Origin: Octopus bimaculoides
Taxonomy: Eukaryota
NCBI RefSeq assembly: GCF_001194135.2
Contig: NC_068990.1
Span: forward strand, 65,096,397-65,160,396
Direction: 5' to 3'
DNA length: 64,000 bases
The notes below the pieces were generated by a model. That model was not told where the DNA came from. It searched no databases and saw only the letters and a program-made list of their open reading frames with translations. Below are positions 1-13,300 of this stretch, in pieces. The position numbers were made by a program, and so were the translations under genes. How positions within the stretch are numbered: position 1 is the first letter of the stretch; each line of letters starts with the position of its first letter.

Positions 1-150
1 TTTTTTGACTAAAACACAACCGGAACCCTAAGTAAGGCATGTGTAAAATTTGAATGAAATTGGTCGTGTAGTTCTCGAGTTTTAGGGAAGCACACACACA
101 CACAGACAGACAGACACACACACATTCTCATTTTTATATATATAGATATA
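1..150 (+). repeat. End of a non-autonomous Helitron-like element
   Basis: aaaatttgaatgaaattggtcgtgtagttctcgagttt followed by (CA)/(CAGA) repeats and ttttatatatatagat resembles Lep1/DINE-type ends; recognised by pattern only. Confidence 0.35.
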
Positions 151-239
151 TATATATATATACACACACACACATAAAAAATATATATATAGATATATAT
201 TGTTGTATTTGGGGATGGTCATGTCAGTTTAGCCAATAA

Positions 240-1080
240 AAACACACACACTATATATTTGGTGTTCACTTGCTTCAGCTTTATTTTATATTAATTGTAT
301 TTGGGCCAGAGTTCTTTCGTCACACTTCTCTGACCTCATCAGTGCTTTCTTCTTTCTTTTTTGTGTCTTCCCTTACTAATGATCAGCCATTTTGTATTCA
401 TATTGTATGTGTTTTTATTTGTGCATGCGTCTATCCCTGTGTGTGTCTTTGTTTAGTTAGTGTGTTTGTGTGGGAATGTGCCTGTATTATCATTATCCCC
501 ATTTTTATACGTTTATTTAATTTGCTTTTATTTATTTTGTTCATTTGTTTATATCTACTTATTTTTCTTTTCATTCTTTTTTTGTATTTAATTTCATTAA
601 TTTTGTTTATGTATATAGTTATTTAATTCCATTTATTTATCTGTGTATTGTATTATATTCATATTATTATCAGTTTATGGGGATCTTATTCCGTCATAGG
701 TTGTGGTGTGTTGGGGGTGTGTGCTAGTGTTCCATTCTAATTTCCTATTCAAGCTAGGTTTATCTTCTATTATGTATGTAGCTTCTGTAATTTGTCTAAG
801 TGTTGCGTCTGTTCTGTATGTGGACAAGATATTAACTTCTATGTTGTTGAGCAAGCCCCCGTGTTCCTGCTCGGCATGCTGGCACTGCTTTAGATGACAT
901 TGTTAGAGTATAGCTACCTATTGAATATGCTGAGTTTTCCTTCCTCAGATCTACATTTCATGTCACAATACAATCACTTTGATCGAAATAGTAAATTTTA
1001 TTGTGAACCCAATACCAGATGACCTAGTTTCATTTTCTTCAACTTATTGCGTTTCAACAGCTAAAGTTAGATAACCAGAT
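240..1080 (-). mobile_element. Penelope-like retroelement 3' fragment (GIY-YIG C-terminus plus pLTR)
   Basis: Minus-strand translation of ~881-729 gives QHAEQEHGGLLNNIEVNILSTYRTDATLRQITEATYIIEDKPSLNRKLEWN, matching the LRQIxEA...PSLNRKxEW tail of PLE GIY-YIG endonucleases. It is followed by an A-rich pLTR-like stretch with a hammerhead core. Confidence 0.7.
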
Positions 1081-1156
1081 AGAAAGTGCAATGTGAAACA
1101 CAAGGATATGACTGTACAATTTATAGGTTTCATCTTATTGATCTCTATTCACTTAA

Positions 1157-1487
1157 GGAAAGTTGTGTTACAACTGAGAAGACTTTCTTTGTTAAGAATA
1201 GAGGTGAGGGATTGTCCACTTGTACTACAATCACCAACTCCTGAAGGTTGCCAACTAAGGACTTCCTACCATATCCTCTACTTGTCCTGAAGCTGCAAAA
1301 AATGAAAATCACTTATTTCTGTTAAATTCCAATGATTTTCATTTTTTACAGCTTCAGGACAAGTAGAGGATGTGGTAGGAAGTCCTTAGTTGGCAACCTT
1401 CAGGTGTTGGTGATTGTAGTACAAGTGGACAATCCCTCACCTCTATTGTTAACAAAGAAAGTCTTCTCAGCTGTAACACTACTTTCC
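1157..1487. mobile_element. Foldback MITE, Kolobok-type
   Basis: 155-bp inverted arms (1157-1311 / 1333-1487, 6 mismatches), 21-nt spacer, TTAA on both sides, GG...CC termini. Confidence 0.75.
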
Positions 1488-2733
1488 TTAATGTTAAGGT
1501 TCAAGCAGGGTAAATAAGTACAGATATGCCTGGGTGGTTTAGAAGTTTGTTTCTCAACCATGTTGTTTCGAGTTCTGTCCCATTGAGTGAGTGTCTTCGA
1601 CTATAGTGCTAGGTCAACCAAAGCCTGGATAAGTGGATATGGTAGACAGAAATTGAAAGGAACCCCATCACGAGAATATATATGTATATGTATGTTCATA
1701 AGTTGTGTGTGTATATGCTTGCATGAGTGAGATCATATTTTCCTTGTCTCCATGTGTGTCAGCTGGTTGTAAACAACAGTCTTGGTGAAAGTGTTGGATG
1801 GTGTCATTTGTTTGCAGTCCACCAGCAAAGTATGTCCGGGCTGCTGGTATAACATGTTACATGATCTGTGTATACAGAAGGCTCATTCATACAGCGTTGT
1901 TTGCCTCCAGTTTTCCGTGTAACCATGGACAGATTGTTTGTTGTTTGATATACTGAGAGATTATTACCTCACTTGGAATAAAGTGGGTTGTCATCAGGAA
2001 GGGTATCTATCTCTAGAAACCTCTGCTCCAGCATACACTTGTCTAACCCATGCAAGCATAAAAACTGATATTCCAATTTGACAATAAACAGGTCATGCAG
2101 AAACTATTTATGAGTTCCAAATTTTCAAAAAGCTTCCAAACAATTTTCTAAAATTAGTCTACACACCCACAAAATACACATCATGCATTTATGCAAAAAG
2201 GAGAGAAGGACTTAGCTTAGAATTTCTTGTGTGTTTTTGATAATGCCCATATTTTGAATATTTTATCATACTATAAAAAGTACCCATGTTTGAGACCAAA
2301 TATAAGAAATAGTTATGAAAACCAGCTTACAAACTTCACCTCTTAAACACATATATTAAAATTTATAAATAGCAACCAAATATTTTCCAGAACAGTGATT
2401 CTCTAGAGAAAAATATACTGACCAAACAATTTTTAAACCTACCTACATACTCTTATGGACATTAAGATATTTAATTAACAAATTTTCCATACTAATATCA
2501 TTGCAATATGCTTAAGTGAGAACCAACACCCTCCCAATTAAACAGGTGGAAAATTATAAATAATACAAATCCCCTAAAAGCTAACATACCCTGTAACACA
2601 TCTAAATATAAAGATTGAAAGACTGGACCGAACTCTATGATTTAACCATCACATTCTCAAAACAAAAGGTAAATATCCTATTTATATTTAAATAAAACCA
2701 ACAACAGCTAAACCAATTGACAGATCTGCTATC

Positions 2734-2866
2734 CAACAACAACTTGACTATGTCATCAAAATGAGTGACAAAAGAATACCCAAAGTCCTCATATACAGTC
2801 AGCTTGAGAGTGGACACAGGAATGGTGGTTGACCATGGCTCAGATATAAGGACAAGCTGAAGAGAT
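2734..2866 (+). mobile_element. RTE-clade LINE C-terminal fragment
   Basis: QQQLDYVIKMSDKRIPKVLIYSQLESGHRNGG*PWLRYKDKLKR resembles the RTE ORF tail. Confidence 0.65.
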
Positions 2867-3303
2867 TTTTGCTCATCATATTAGAATCCTCCTATCCCTG
2901 GGAATTATATTTTTCTGTTGGTTTGGCATTCTCTCTGGAGCAAACTTACTGCATATATCATGCATGATTATCATAAAGTGTTGCAACTTTGTGTCAGTAT
3001 CTTACATAGAGAGACTGGTAAACCTGTTGTGTTCCATGACTTCTTTCTCTACACCCTTCCAATCAGCTTTGTGAAAGTTCAGGTTGGAGAGGAGTTGGGT
3101 GAATCTAGTAGCCCCTATGTATGTAGTTTTCTGTGGACCATACACTGTTAGTTCTATTATGATATGGTCCGTATCTTGTGACCTGAAATAGAAGGTGATC
3201 TCCATTTGTCTGTTCGTTAAAACACCTATTAGAAGGAGAGAAAGAAGGGAAGGAATCAAAACATACATCGCAACATATGTTAGAAGGGGAGGAGAAAATG
3301 TTG

Positions 3304-3355
<52 letters not shown>

Positions 3356-3365
3356 NNNNNNNNNN

Positions 3366-3402
<37 letters not shown>

Positions 3403-4223
3403 TAGATAGATAGTTTTGTCACCATAGTAACTTGCAAGTTTTGATCAAAAATGTGAAATTTTAAGTCTGTTAGCACAACATGGTGCAGCTACATTATGTA
3501 ACAAATATAGGTTTTTTTGGGTTCTGTGTATATGTGTGTATTTCTGTATGTCTTTCAATATAGAAACAACACAATGTAAACAGCTTCAAAAACAAAAAAG
3601 ACTCACTATATAACAATATAGGTGGTTATTTTTTATTGTTTGTGTGTGTGTGTGTGTGTGTGTGCACATGCATGCATTTGTTTGCTTCTTTTTGTCTTTC
3701 AACATAGAGATAACGGTAGCACAGTCTTTCAAGAAAGACTTTCGTTATAATGACTGGTTGTTGCTGTTGAGAGAGAAATTCAGTGAGAGAGAGAGAAAGA
3801 AAGAGTATGTGCATGTGTGTTTGAAAGATAGAGAGATAGGTAGACTATTGTCACCATAGTAACTAACCAGATTTTTACCATATAAAAGTCTACTATTAAA
3901 TGAAAGTTCATGCATGTTTAACAAATATTTTTACTGGCAGCGGAGCAACGAGTAAAGACCTAGTAAATTAATAATGTTAGAATAGAATTCAGGCCAAAAA
4001 CACCAAGAAAATACCAGCAACAAATTTAAACTTGTTATTCATGAACTGTTAGTCAAATACCTTACCTATTCAGTAAACTTAAATTTATGAGAATCCATGT
4101 ATAATCAAAGAGGTATCTGACTGTTTAGTATATTCTTTTGTGTATGTTTCTTCTTCCCTCTCTTAGTTGTTCTATTCTCTAAATTTCAGGTATTTCAGAA
4201 GTGAAGAATATCTGATTTGCACC

Positions 4224-4346
4224 ATGACGATCTACCAGGCTTTGCAATTTCATGGCAAGAACTTACTCAAACATAATCTAAAATTAATTTGCAGCAATTA
4301 TCGCCATGTATCTGTAACCTGTGACATTCCCTCTAGAATTGCACGA
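4224..4346 (+). CDS. CPS1: CPS coding exon 1 (41 aa, putative mitochondrial transit peptide)
   Basis: gcaccATG; [41 protein letters not shown]|gtaagt. Basic, one acidic residue, phase 0 matches exon 2. No sequence homology support for this exon. Confidence 0.75.
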
Positions 4347-7300
4347 GTAAGTGTAAAATTTCACATCTCAATTTGTTTTCATTCTGTGTTATTAGATGCT
4401 TCTTTGTGTGTGTGTGTGCATTTAGTTGTTGTTATTTGTTCCCAGAATTACTCTGATTGAGCAGATTCATGGTCAGAGGCATTACTACTGTGATCATCCA
4501 GTCCATCGTGACTTGTCAAAGGCTATATTATCCAGTGAATTCCAACTCTGTTTCAAGATAGAAGAGTGAAAGGTGCAGGGAACTTGTCTACCATTTCTTC
4601 TAGGTCAAGTGACCTTTGTAAAGGATCCCATGTGTGTACGTATGTGTGCACATGCATGCACACCAGTGTTTATGTGTGTATATGTGTGTTCAAGGTGGAT
4701 GTAGTATGTCTCCTATAAGGAAATACCAACCTCAAACATGATACTATCATGCAATTTCCTTAGGCTAGAAGAGGGCATATGTAAGTTATGCAACCAAATC
4801 AAATCATTACAAATTGGAAGCTATTGGTTAAGTTGTTTTAGTGAAAGGTAACTCACCATGATGAGATGTGACATCACAACAATGACAATGCTGTATTTGA
4901 AGGCTTCATAAACACATGAATTTTGCTGAGGCTTCCAAAACTGAAAGGAGTAAAACAATTTATAGCTTTTAGAAGTTATAAATCTTGTCATTCTGTTCAC
5001 TTGTATTAATCTTGTTTCTGTGTGAGATTTTTATTTCCATTCATTCATCATGTTTGTTTAAGGTGATGCAAAACAATAAATATGATACCAGTTTTGTTAT
5101 TCTTAAGCAGAGACAACCAACTGTGTTTGAGTAGACTTGTGGCATGGTGGCAGTAAATCAAACATTTGGATTTAACCCAGAAGTCTAGTACATTAGGCTC
5201 CATTAGTTTAGACTTAGTGGCTTGAATGCCTCTTCCTACATTATATCTCTCAGCTCTCAAGAGAAAGATACTCTTGTTTTTTGTTTTGGTTTGTTTTGTT
5301 TTCTTTTCTCTTTCTTTACACTGTCCTGGCTGTGTGGTTAAGAAGCTTGTTTTTCAACCATGTGGTTTCAGGTTCAGTCCCACTGCTCAGCACCTTGGGC
5401 AAATGTTTTCTACTATAGCCCTTGAGCCAACCAATGAAGTTAGTAAACAGAAACTGTGTGGAAACCCCCTCATATGTTTATGCGTGTGCATGTGTGTTGG
5501 TCCCCCCCCCCCAACACACACACACTATTTACCAATCAGTGTTGGTCTGTTTACGTTCCTGTAATTTAGCAGTTTGGCAAAAGAGACCAGTACTGGAGTT
5601 GATTTCTTCAACTAAAATCCTTCGAGGTGCTGCAGTTCAATTACTGAAAGTAAAAAAAAAAAAACAATGAAAAACAACGAATTAACCAATAATATAATGT
5701 TAAGGTACATGCCATGTTGGTTGTAAAAAAATTTGTTGTTGGCCCATTGCAGATCAACACTAACCTTTTAATTAAAAGCATTCCAGCCATGGCAAGGTTG
5801 TCTTTTCCTTTCAAATTGTCTTTGTCTTTTTAAGACAGCATGATTTGAGAGAGATTTTGTTACTTTTTTACAGGTCAAACAGTCACAGTAAGTTACATCA
5901 TGGTTTTCTTCCTGGATATTTTCCTTTCCAATTTAACCACATCTATGAAGTAAAGATGGTATTTGTTATTCAGGTAGCAGATTGATTGAGATTAATTATA
6001 TACCCTACCTTTCATCAAGTTATATTGGTTATAGTTTGCTTAGTAGCCATGGGATTTGTAGTTACCTAGTATTATAATGTTAGTTAAATATTTCATTCTT
6101 TCTTATTAAAATGTTGGGTTTTTTTCCATTTTGTTATGATTTTTTCTAAAGTGATGAAAGCATCACTATTCTGAAGAAAAAAAAAGGAATGCATTCAATA
6201 TTTCAATGACAGATTTAATATGAAGGTTTTAGGACTTGTTTCAACATTTGTCAAATAAGTTTTAATGATACATTAAATTTTTTTCCAAAATATGGAATTT
6301 TTGTTTCCTTTTTACAACATAGTGGTGGCTTATATTTGAATGAAAGTGTATGAATTAAACTCTAAAATTCTATGCTTATATATTTGTTTACTTATGCATT
6401 TTCAGTTTTGTTCAGGGTTGTTAGGGCAAATATTTTTATAATTGTCAGTTTTTGTCTTTCCGTCGCAAACAGCAGCACAGTAATTATAATATAGGCAGAC
6501 TAACTAATAGCGTAGTCAAATTAGTGTTACCATACTTAATGAGGTAAAGTTAGAAATAATTATGTGCCAAGAAAAAGACATTATTAGTCAATGACCAATA
6601 TTACCTCAACTAGTCTGGCAAGTATAAAAGATAGCTCCAGATATGTTTTAGTGTCTTCTTAGACCTCATCAATGATGTGCAGGCTTCAACAAACTTACTG
6701 AAAGATGGAAGAAAGAATAACATACTTTGTTTTTAGGGTGGCGTGCTGGCAGAATCATTAGCACACTGGGTGAAATGCTTAGCGGTATTTTGTCTGCTAT
6801 TATGTTCTGAGTTCAAATTCTGCCAAGGTCGACTTTGCCTTTCATCCTTTCAGGATCGATTAAATAAGTACCAGTTACGCACTGAGATCGATGTAATTGA
6901 CTTAATCTCTTTGTCCTTGTTTGTCTCCTCTATTTTTATCCCCCTGTGGGCAATAAAAAAATAAACATATTTTGCTTTGCTTTTAGGGCACAACTCAATG
7001 GACTGTAGCAAGTTTGAAAACATGATAATTTTAAAAAATTTTCTGGTTATATGATATATTAATATTTTTAATTATCTGGTTATATGATATTTTAATTGAA
7101 GCTATTTTTTCTTTCTTTTTAATTGTTGAATCCTTTTAAATCTCTGAGAATAACTTAGCAAATGCACATTGGAAATGTCAGTTCAACAAATGGTTTTAGA
7201 ATCTAGTTGGCTACATAGTAAGACATGTTAACCTTACTGAGACTCTATAGATATGTTTCCACTCTGCTGCTGCTGCTACCTACACTGGCATACTCTAATA

Positions 7301-10300
7301 CTTGAAATGAAAAATAGATTTATATTGTTTGTTAAAATATGTTGTCCAATAAATTTATATTGTTCATACTACTTTGAAAAATGTGAATAACAGAGCCTCA
7401 CATTTTCCATTTCCTGAAATATTTCAGACTTTAACTTGTATAAGAAGAAGAAGAAGAAATAATAGTAGTAGTTGTTGTTGTTGCTGCTGCTGTTGTTGTT
7501 GTTGTTGTTCAAGCAGTTAATATTTTGGCACACCAGCTGCACCAAGAAACAGCTTCAAAATTCATCAGCAGCATTATTAGCAACAACAACATTTAGATGC
7601 ATGCAAGAATCATTGCTTATCATTATACTTAGCTTCAAATCACAAAGATCTTGCAACCAACCTTTCCAAACTATGCACAAGCACTTTGCTCATTCCTTCT
7701 TCCCCAGAAATGCCACTTCCTGTGTTTCCTTCCTCACCCGCATTTTTCCTGCAAGCATTGAACTACAGATGTTTAAATGGGTACATCAACTGTATCAATT
7801 TCAGCACTCTGGGAGAACTTGCAAATGTCATAGTTACTGCACCCCACCGCCTTTGAGTTACTTACAAAGAAAACACAGGAAAAAAAAAAAAAGAAAAATG
7901 CCAAAACATCTCAGCAGCCCTCTTGTGCAGTCTCTTTCTCATCTGATTCAGAAATATATGCAACACTAACAGTATTAATTGCCATACTAGCCTCTTGTTA
8001 CTAGCTTCTTCCAAATTACCTTTACTGAAAATGTCAATGTACTGAATATTAAAGTTGCACTTAATAAATATCTCTAGCTTATCTCTCCTGCTATTATCAA
8101 TAGGGTCTCTTATTAGGGATTAACATATCAAATATCACTATTATCCACAATCTCAAAAATACTTCAGTAGTTAATTGTGACACCCAACAACAACCAGACA
8201 AGAAAAGAAAGAAAAAAAAGTATTTTATAAGCCCTTGAGCTCATATTTATTGAGGAAGGAAAATGTAACTGTAAACACTCATGCATATCCTCTCCATCAC
8301 AGCCCATGTTTTACTGCCATGTAACATAGCCATTTGTACACAGGCATCATGCCATCTGCATTTCACTTTAAGAGAGAAGCCCTTTGTTTCTAACAAAAGT
8401 AACAGCACTCTGAACTTTGTCCAGTCAGTTCTTATTCTAGTAACTAGGCTTTCAGTGTATCCTCCTCCTCTACTTATTTGGTCACCTAGGTAACAGAAAC
8501 CATCTACTACGTCTAAGGATCTCCTTAGGCATTTGAGGAAATCTATTTCCTGTGTATTCTTAATGATTATTGTATTTGCGCATCTGCAACACACCAAGAC
8601 TACTTCTTCTGTTAACCTTCCTGTAATTTTACTGCACCTCTTATGTGTCCATAGCTTGCACTGGATACATCATATGGAATTTCTACCTCCTGCACCTTTT
8701 CTACATATTGAACTGGGCCATTTTCTCAAAGGAGTTGGTAATTTGTCTGCTTTTCTGTTATCTAGTATTTTGGCCATTGCTAAATTAAGTCTAAGGCCCT
8801 TTGATTCTGCTATTTGTTTCCACACCTGAAATTTCTTCTCTAATTCTTCTAGAGATTCAGCTATAAGATCAAGGTCATTGGTAGAGGAGTTTTCATGGGC
8901 AACGAGTTTTAAAATTCTTCTGTTATGGCCGGGAGTACTATGATAAACAAGATGGATCTGGGAATCAATCCTTGGTGAATTAGTGCACACTAATTTCATT
9001 GCTATACTCATTGCTGATATTCACCACCAGCTACTGATCTACCTCCTAGCTTCTACATCAACCACTAGACGAGTGAGTAAGGGTTCCTGTCAAAGGCTTT
9101 CTCCATATCAACAAATGCCAAGTATGAAGTTTTATTTTTGGCTAAATGCTACTTTTTCATTTAGATACAGGAAGATAACATCAGTAGTGCTTCTTCCTGG
9201 AGGAAAATCAATCTATCATACATCTCATCTAAGTTAACTCACTTCCTAATTAGTTGAGCTATGACCCTTTCTAGAACTTTCATGTCCTGGTCCAGCAATA
9301 TGACACCTCTGTAATTATTTCTGACTAAGGTATCACCTTCACCTTTGTAGAAGTTGACAATAATGTTGCTATACCTCTCATTGAGCATGACACCTTCCTG
9401 GACAATCAGATTATTTATACAGGTGACTAGGACATATCTCACTTCACCAGGTATTTTAAGCATTTCAGCAGTAATTCCTGATAGGCCAGGGGCCTTCCCT
9501 ATCTTCATATCTCTAATTGCTTTGTCTATGAAGCAGCTGTCAGCTCAGATAGGTGATCTCTCTGTTGGGTTCACATTAGGAAGACTCCTTTTCCTATGTA
9601 TTCTCTACATTTGGCAGCCTTTTGCAATGGCATTTCTTTACAAAATCACTAAATGCAAGTATACCATCATCCATCTGAACACACAGCTTCACAGCTTTCT
9701 CTGAACTTTGCTATTCAGAACACCTCAAACCTCTTGACTTCATGCCACAGAACATTAGCAAAATTTTTCCATTCTGTTTCTCCCTTAGCTAAATATAACT
9801 TTCCTGGCTTCTCTTCTGACATAGTTCCTTGCTGTCTCCTCTCTTCCAGACCCTCCAGGTTTGTTTCTCTGCTTTTATGGCCCTCTCTGCTTCATTGTTC
9901 CGCCACCATGTCACCCTAGGTCTGGTTGAGATTTTGTACCTACCACAAATTTGGCCTGTAGCCCTCAGTAAGCTATCTTGTTGGAACTTCCAGTCATCCT
10001 CTATGTTACAAATCTGTAACTCCTCCCGCTTCTCATCAAATGCTTCAATTAGAACATCTCTAAATCTCTGGCTATTCAAAGGACCCTTAGACCCTTAAGC
10101 TTTCAAATCTTTCTTTTCCAGATTTGGTTTGCTTCTTCTTGAAGTTCTTTTAACCCACAGTCTGAAGTTGCTAATGACTAAACTACATTGAAGAATACAT
10201 TCTTCTCCAGGGATGGTCCTTATGAGTAACCATCCATCCTGTTTTCTAGTGAGAATGTAGTCAATCTAGCTGTGTAGCCACTAGATAGATAGGAGGTCAG

Positions 10301-13300
10301 GTGACTGGCTGGTTTTCTGAAGTTAGTATTACAAATCATTAGGTCATTTTCATCACAAAGCTTCAATAGCCTTGTTCACTCCTCATTACAGGAACCAACT
10401 CCATAGCCTCCACACACACTTTGGAAGCCACCTGGATTCTGCCCAACATACCCATTGAAGTCACCAACCATGAAGATAAGGTTTCTGTCATTTGTCATCA
10501 AGGTAGTCTGAAAAACTGTATCATAAAAATCAATCTTGTTGTTCATCTGGCAGTTGGTTGAGGAACTTAGGTTGAAATAATAGTTGTTTTACTTTACAAA
10601 ATTAGCCTAAGCATAAGTACCCTGTTGCACACTTTGAATACCTTGATCATCTTAATCACCCAATTCTCATTATACCATTTTGAAACATTATTATATATAT
10701 TAGATTTAAGCAGTTAACCTTACAGGTGATTGTTTTCATCGTGTATTAACATGAACTAACATCTGCCTCATTCTTTCCCCTCTTAATGTATCTCATCCAC
10801 CAAATACTGAACTAAACATTTGGCTCAAATTCATTCTCTAAACACATTTTTTCCTATTTGTATGATTCTACAGAAATGCAAGCTGGGCATTGATTCTCAC
10901 CAGTTTTGCAGACCTGCAAATGTCATGGATACCATGTCTTCTCTGAGAAAACAAAATCACTATATGTATATACATAGATATCTGTGTGTGTGATCATCTT
11001 TTAACACTCGCTTTCCATGCTGGAACACACACACACACACACATACACACACCTACTTTATTTTCTTTCTGTAATAGGTAGACATTTTGTTGTGACTGTT
11101 TCTTTATGCCATTTGTTACATGGCTACAGAAAAGCCCAAAAGACTTTTTTTCTCAGTAAGTTTTGGTAATTATAACAAACATTTCCTTTGTAGCCACGTA
11201 AAGCTCACCTTGTGTTGCAAGATGGAAGCTATTACCAAGGATATTCATTCGGCCATGAAAGTTCTTGCAGTGGAGAAGTTGTATTCAATACAGGTCTTGT
11301 GGGGTAAGTTTTCCTGTCTTTTTTTCCCATGAATTTAGTTGAGTGTCCCTTCCAACTATTAAAAACTCTAGAGTGAAGTAAGAATGGAACCCAATATTTT
11401 ATCAGTTGTTAAAGCAATCATGTGATTCATCAGAAGCACAACAGTAAGTTGACTTCCAATAAGATTTACACTTACAGACATATTATTAGTGGTCTTGCAT
11501 CATAACAGCACTGCACTGTGCTTCAAGTATTATTGTGATTTTATGATCATCAATGCAACAACACCTCTTCAAAACATCTAGAAACTAGAATATACAGTAT
11601 GTCTTTTCAGTTTTTAAGACTACATGTGATATGAGGGATATGTGCATTTACTTTTAGATGCTATGGCAATGTAAAATATACTGCTGTAGTCATTAGAAAC
11701 ATTGTCTAATAGGATAAGTGAATTGAGATAAATTTCAGTGCATCAGAAAAAATATCTTGCAGTATTTAGTCATGCCTTTGTATGTTATGTGAGTTCAAAT
11801 CTTGTCAGATTTGACTGGTTAGCTGATACTCTTGTAGTGTGTATGTATGTTTAGAAATGCTGCATGTATCTTTTTAGAAGAATTCTCACAGAGAAGAAAA
11901 ATAAATTTAGGAACTATATATTTATTACATAAAATATATTTTATTCCCTGGTTGTTGATGAAACATAATCAAAATGTAGAAACTAATTGAATGAAATAAT
12001 CTATGCAAGAAAGTTCAGAAATGTAGAAATAACAGCTAAATAGTGGTTTTTAGTAATGTAGCATGGAGAAATAGATAGACATGGCAATGACGTGAATGGC
12101 TCTGAGTCTAATCAACAAAGAAGCAAAGAGTAGGACAAGCAAACTGTTTTTATTAATGAAACACTAGACATTCTAGAAACTTCCAAGAGAAACGCGAAGC
12201 TTCTTGAATAATTAAGAATTGCTTCTCATGAAATATCTTCCAAGAAACTTACTAACGGGAGATTACTCTATAACACTTCTTGCAAGATTATATCATTCAA
12301 CTATTTTAGCTACAGATGACAAACTACTACACCCTTTTGCCCCAGCTAGTTATGCTGGGCTTTTTTTTCCCCAACTTTTTTTGAAAAGTGCTAAGTTTTT
12401 ACAGGAGACAGATAGAATTTTTAGATTTGCAATACTTTGTCACTATAAGAATCAAACATTTAAAATTTCTTTTAAATATTCTTTTAAATATTATTATTAT
12501 GCAGCCCCGATCAGCAACAATTGGGATTGCATAACAACCATAACAACAAAATAAACTACTACTACTAACTGTTTTTACCTTTTTCTTTTCTTTTTATTTA
12601 TTACATATTTTATTTATTCTCCTTCTCTCTCACTCACTTTCTCTCATTTCAATTTGCTCCAGATATCCTGAAGCCCTTTCAGACCCAAGTTATCGAGGAC
12701 AGATATTGACATTGACATATCCAATTGTTGGCAATTATGGAGTCCCAGACACCAATATTAAGGATGAGCATGGACTAATGTTGAATGTTGAATCTGATCG
12801 CATCCATGTTAGTTATATTTCCTTCATCTGTTAGGATTTAGTATTTATATGATGAAGTCACACTGGTACCACAGGATTAAGGTTTTGGGTTACTGTATTT
12901 GTGATCTTAGTTTCTGATATACTGGGCGTATGATATAAATTTCTAATGTTTTGAGATTGTGGTCTATGGAATGTCAGTTTTGTGCTATTTTTTTCTCTCT
13001 TGCTAAATAGTGTTTTCAGTACATGTAAAAAAAAAAAAATTATTTCTGTGTTATTCATTGCAACTTGTATCTGCAGTTCTGCATCAATCATCAGCTGGAA
13101 CCATTTCACTTCTTAAGAAAGACATGAACTTATAACTTCCTCTTTCCACTGACTTTTAAAAATCTCGAGATTACATATTTTGTATGGTGAATGCTCTAAC
13201 ACCATATAATAATTCAACCAAATTTTTCCAAGTAGGATAAGATAAAACAGGAGTCAATAATGGAAACAATGAATGATGTCTATTTACTGATCAATTCAAA

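Noticed and set aside
7472-7969. 165-aa ORF with a poly-Leu start in intron 1
   Set aside because: Starts in a (GTT/GCT)n microsatellite; no recognisable domain or splice support
12219-12554. 111-aa ORF upstream of exon 3
   Set aside because: No recognisable motif, and the phase-2 junction of exons 2 and 3 leaves no room for it
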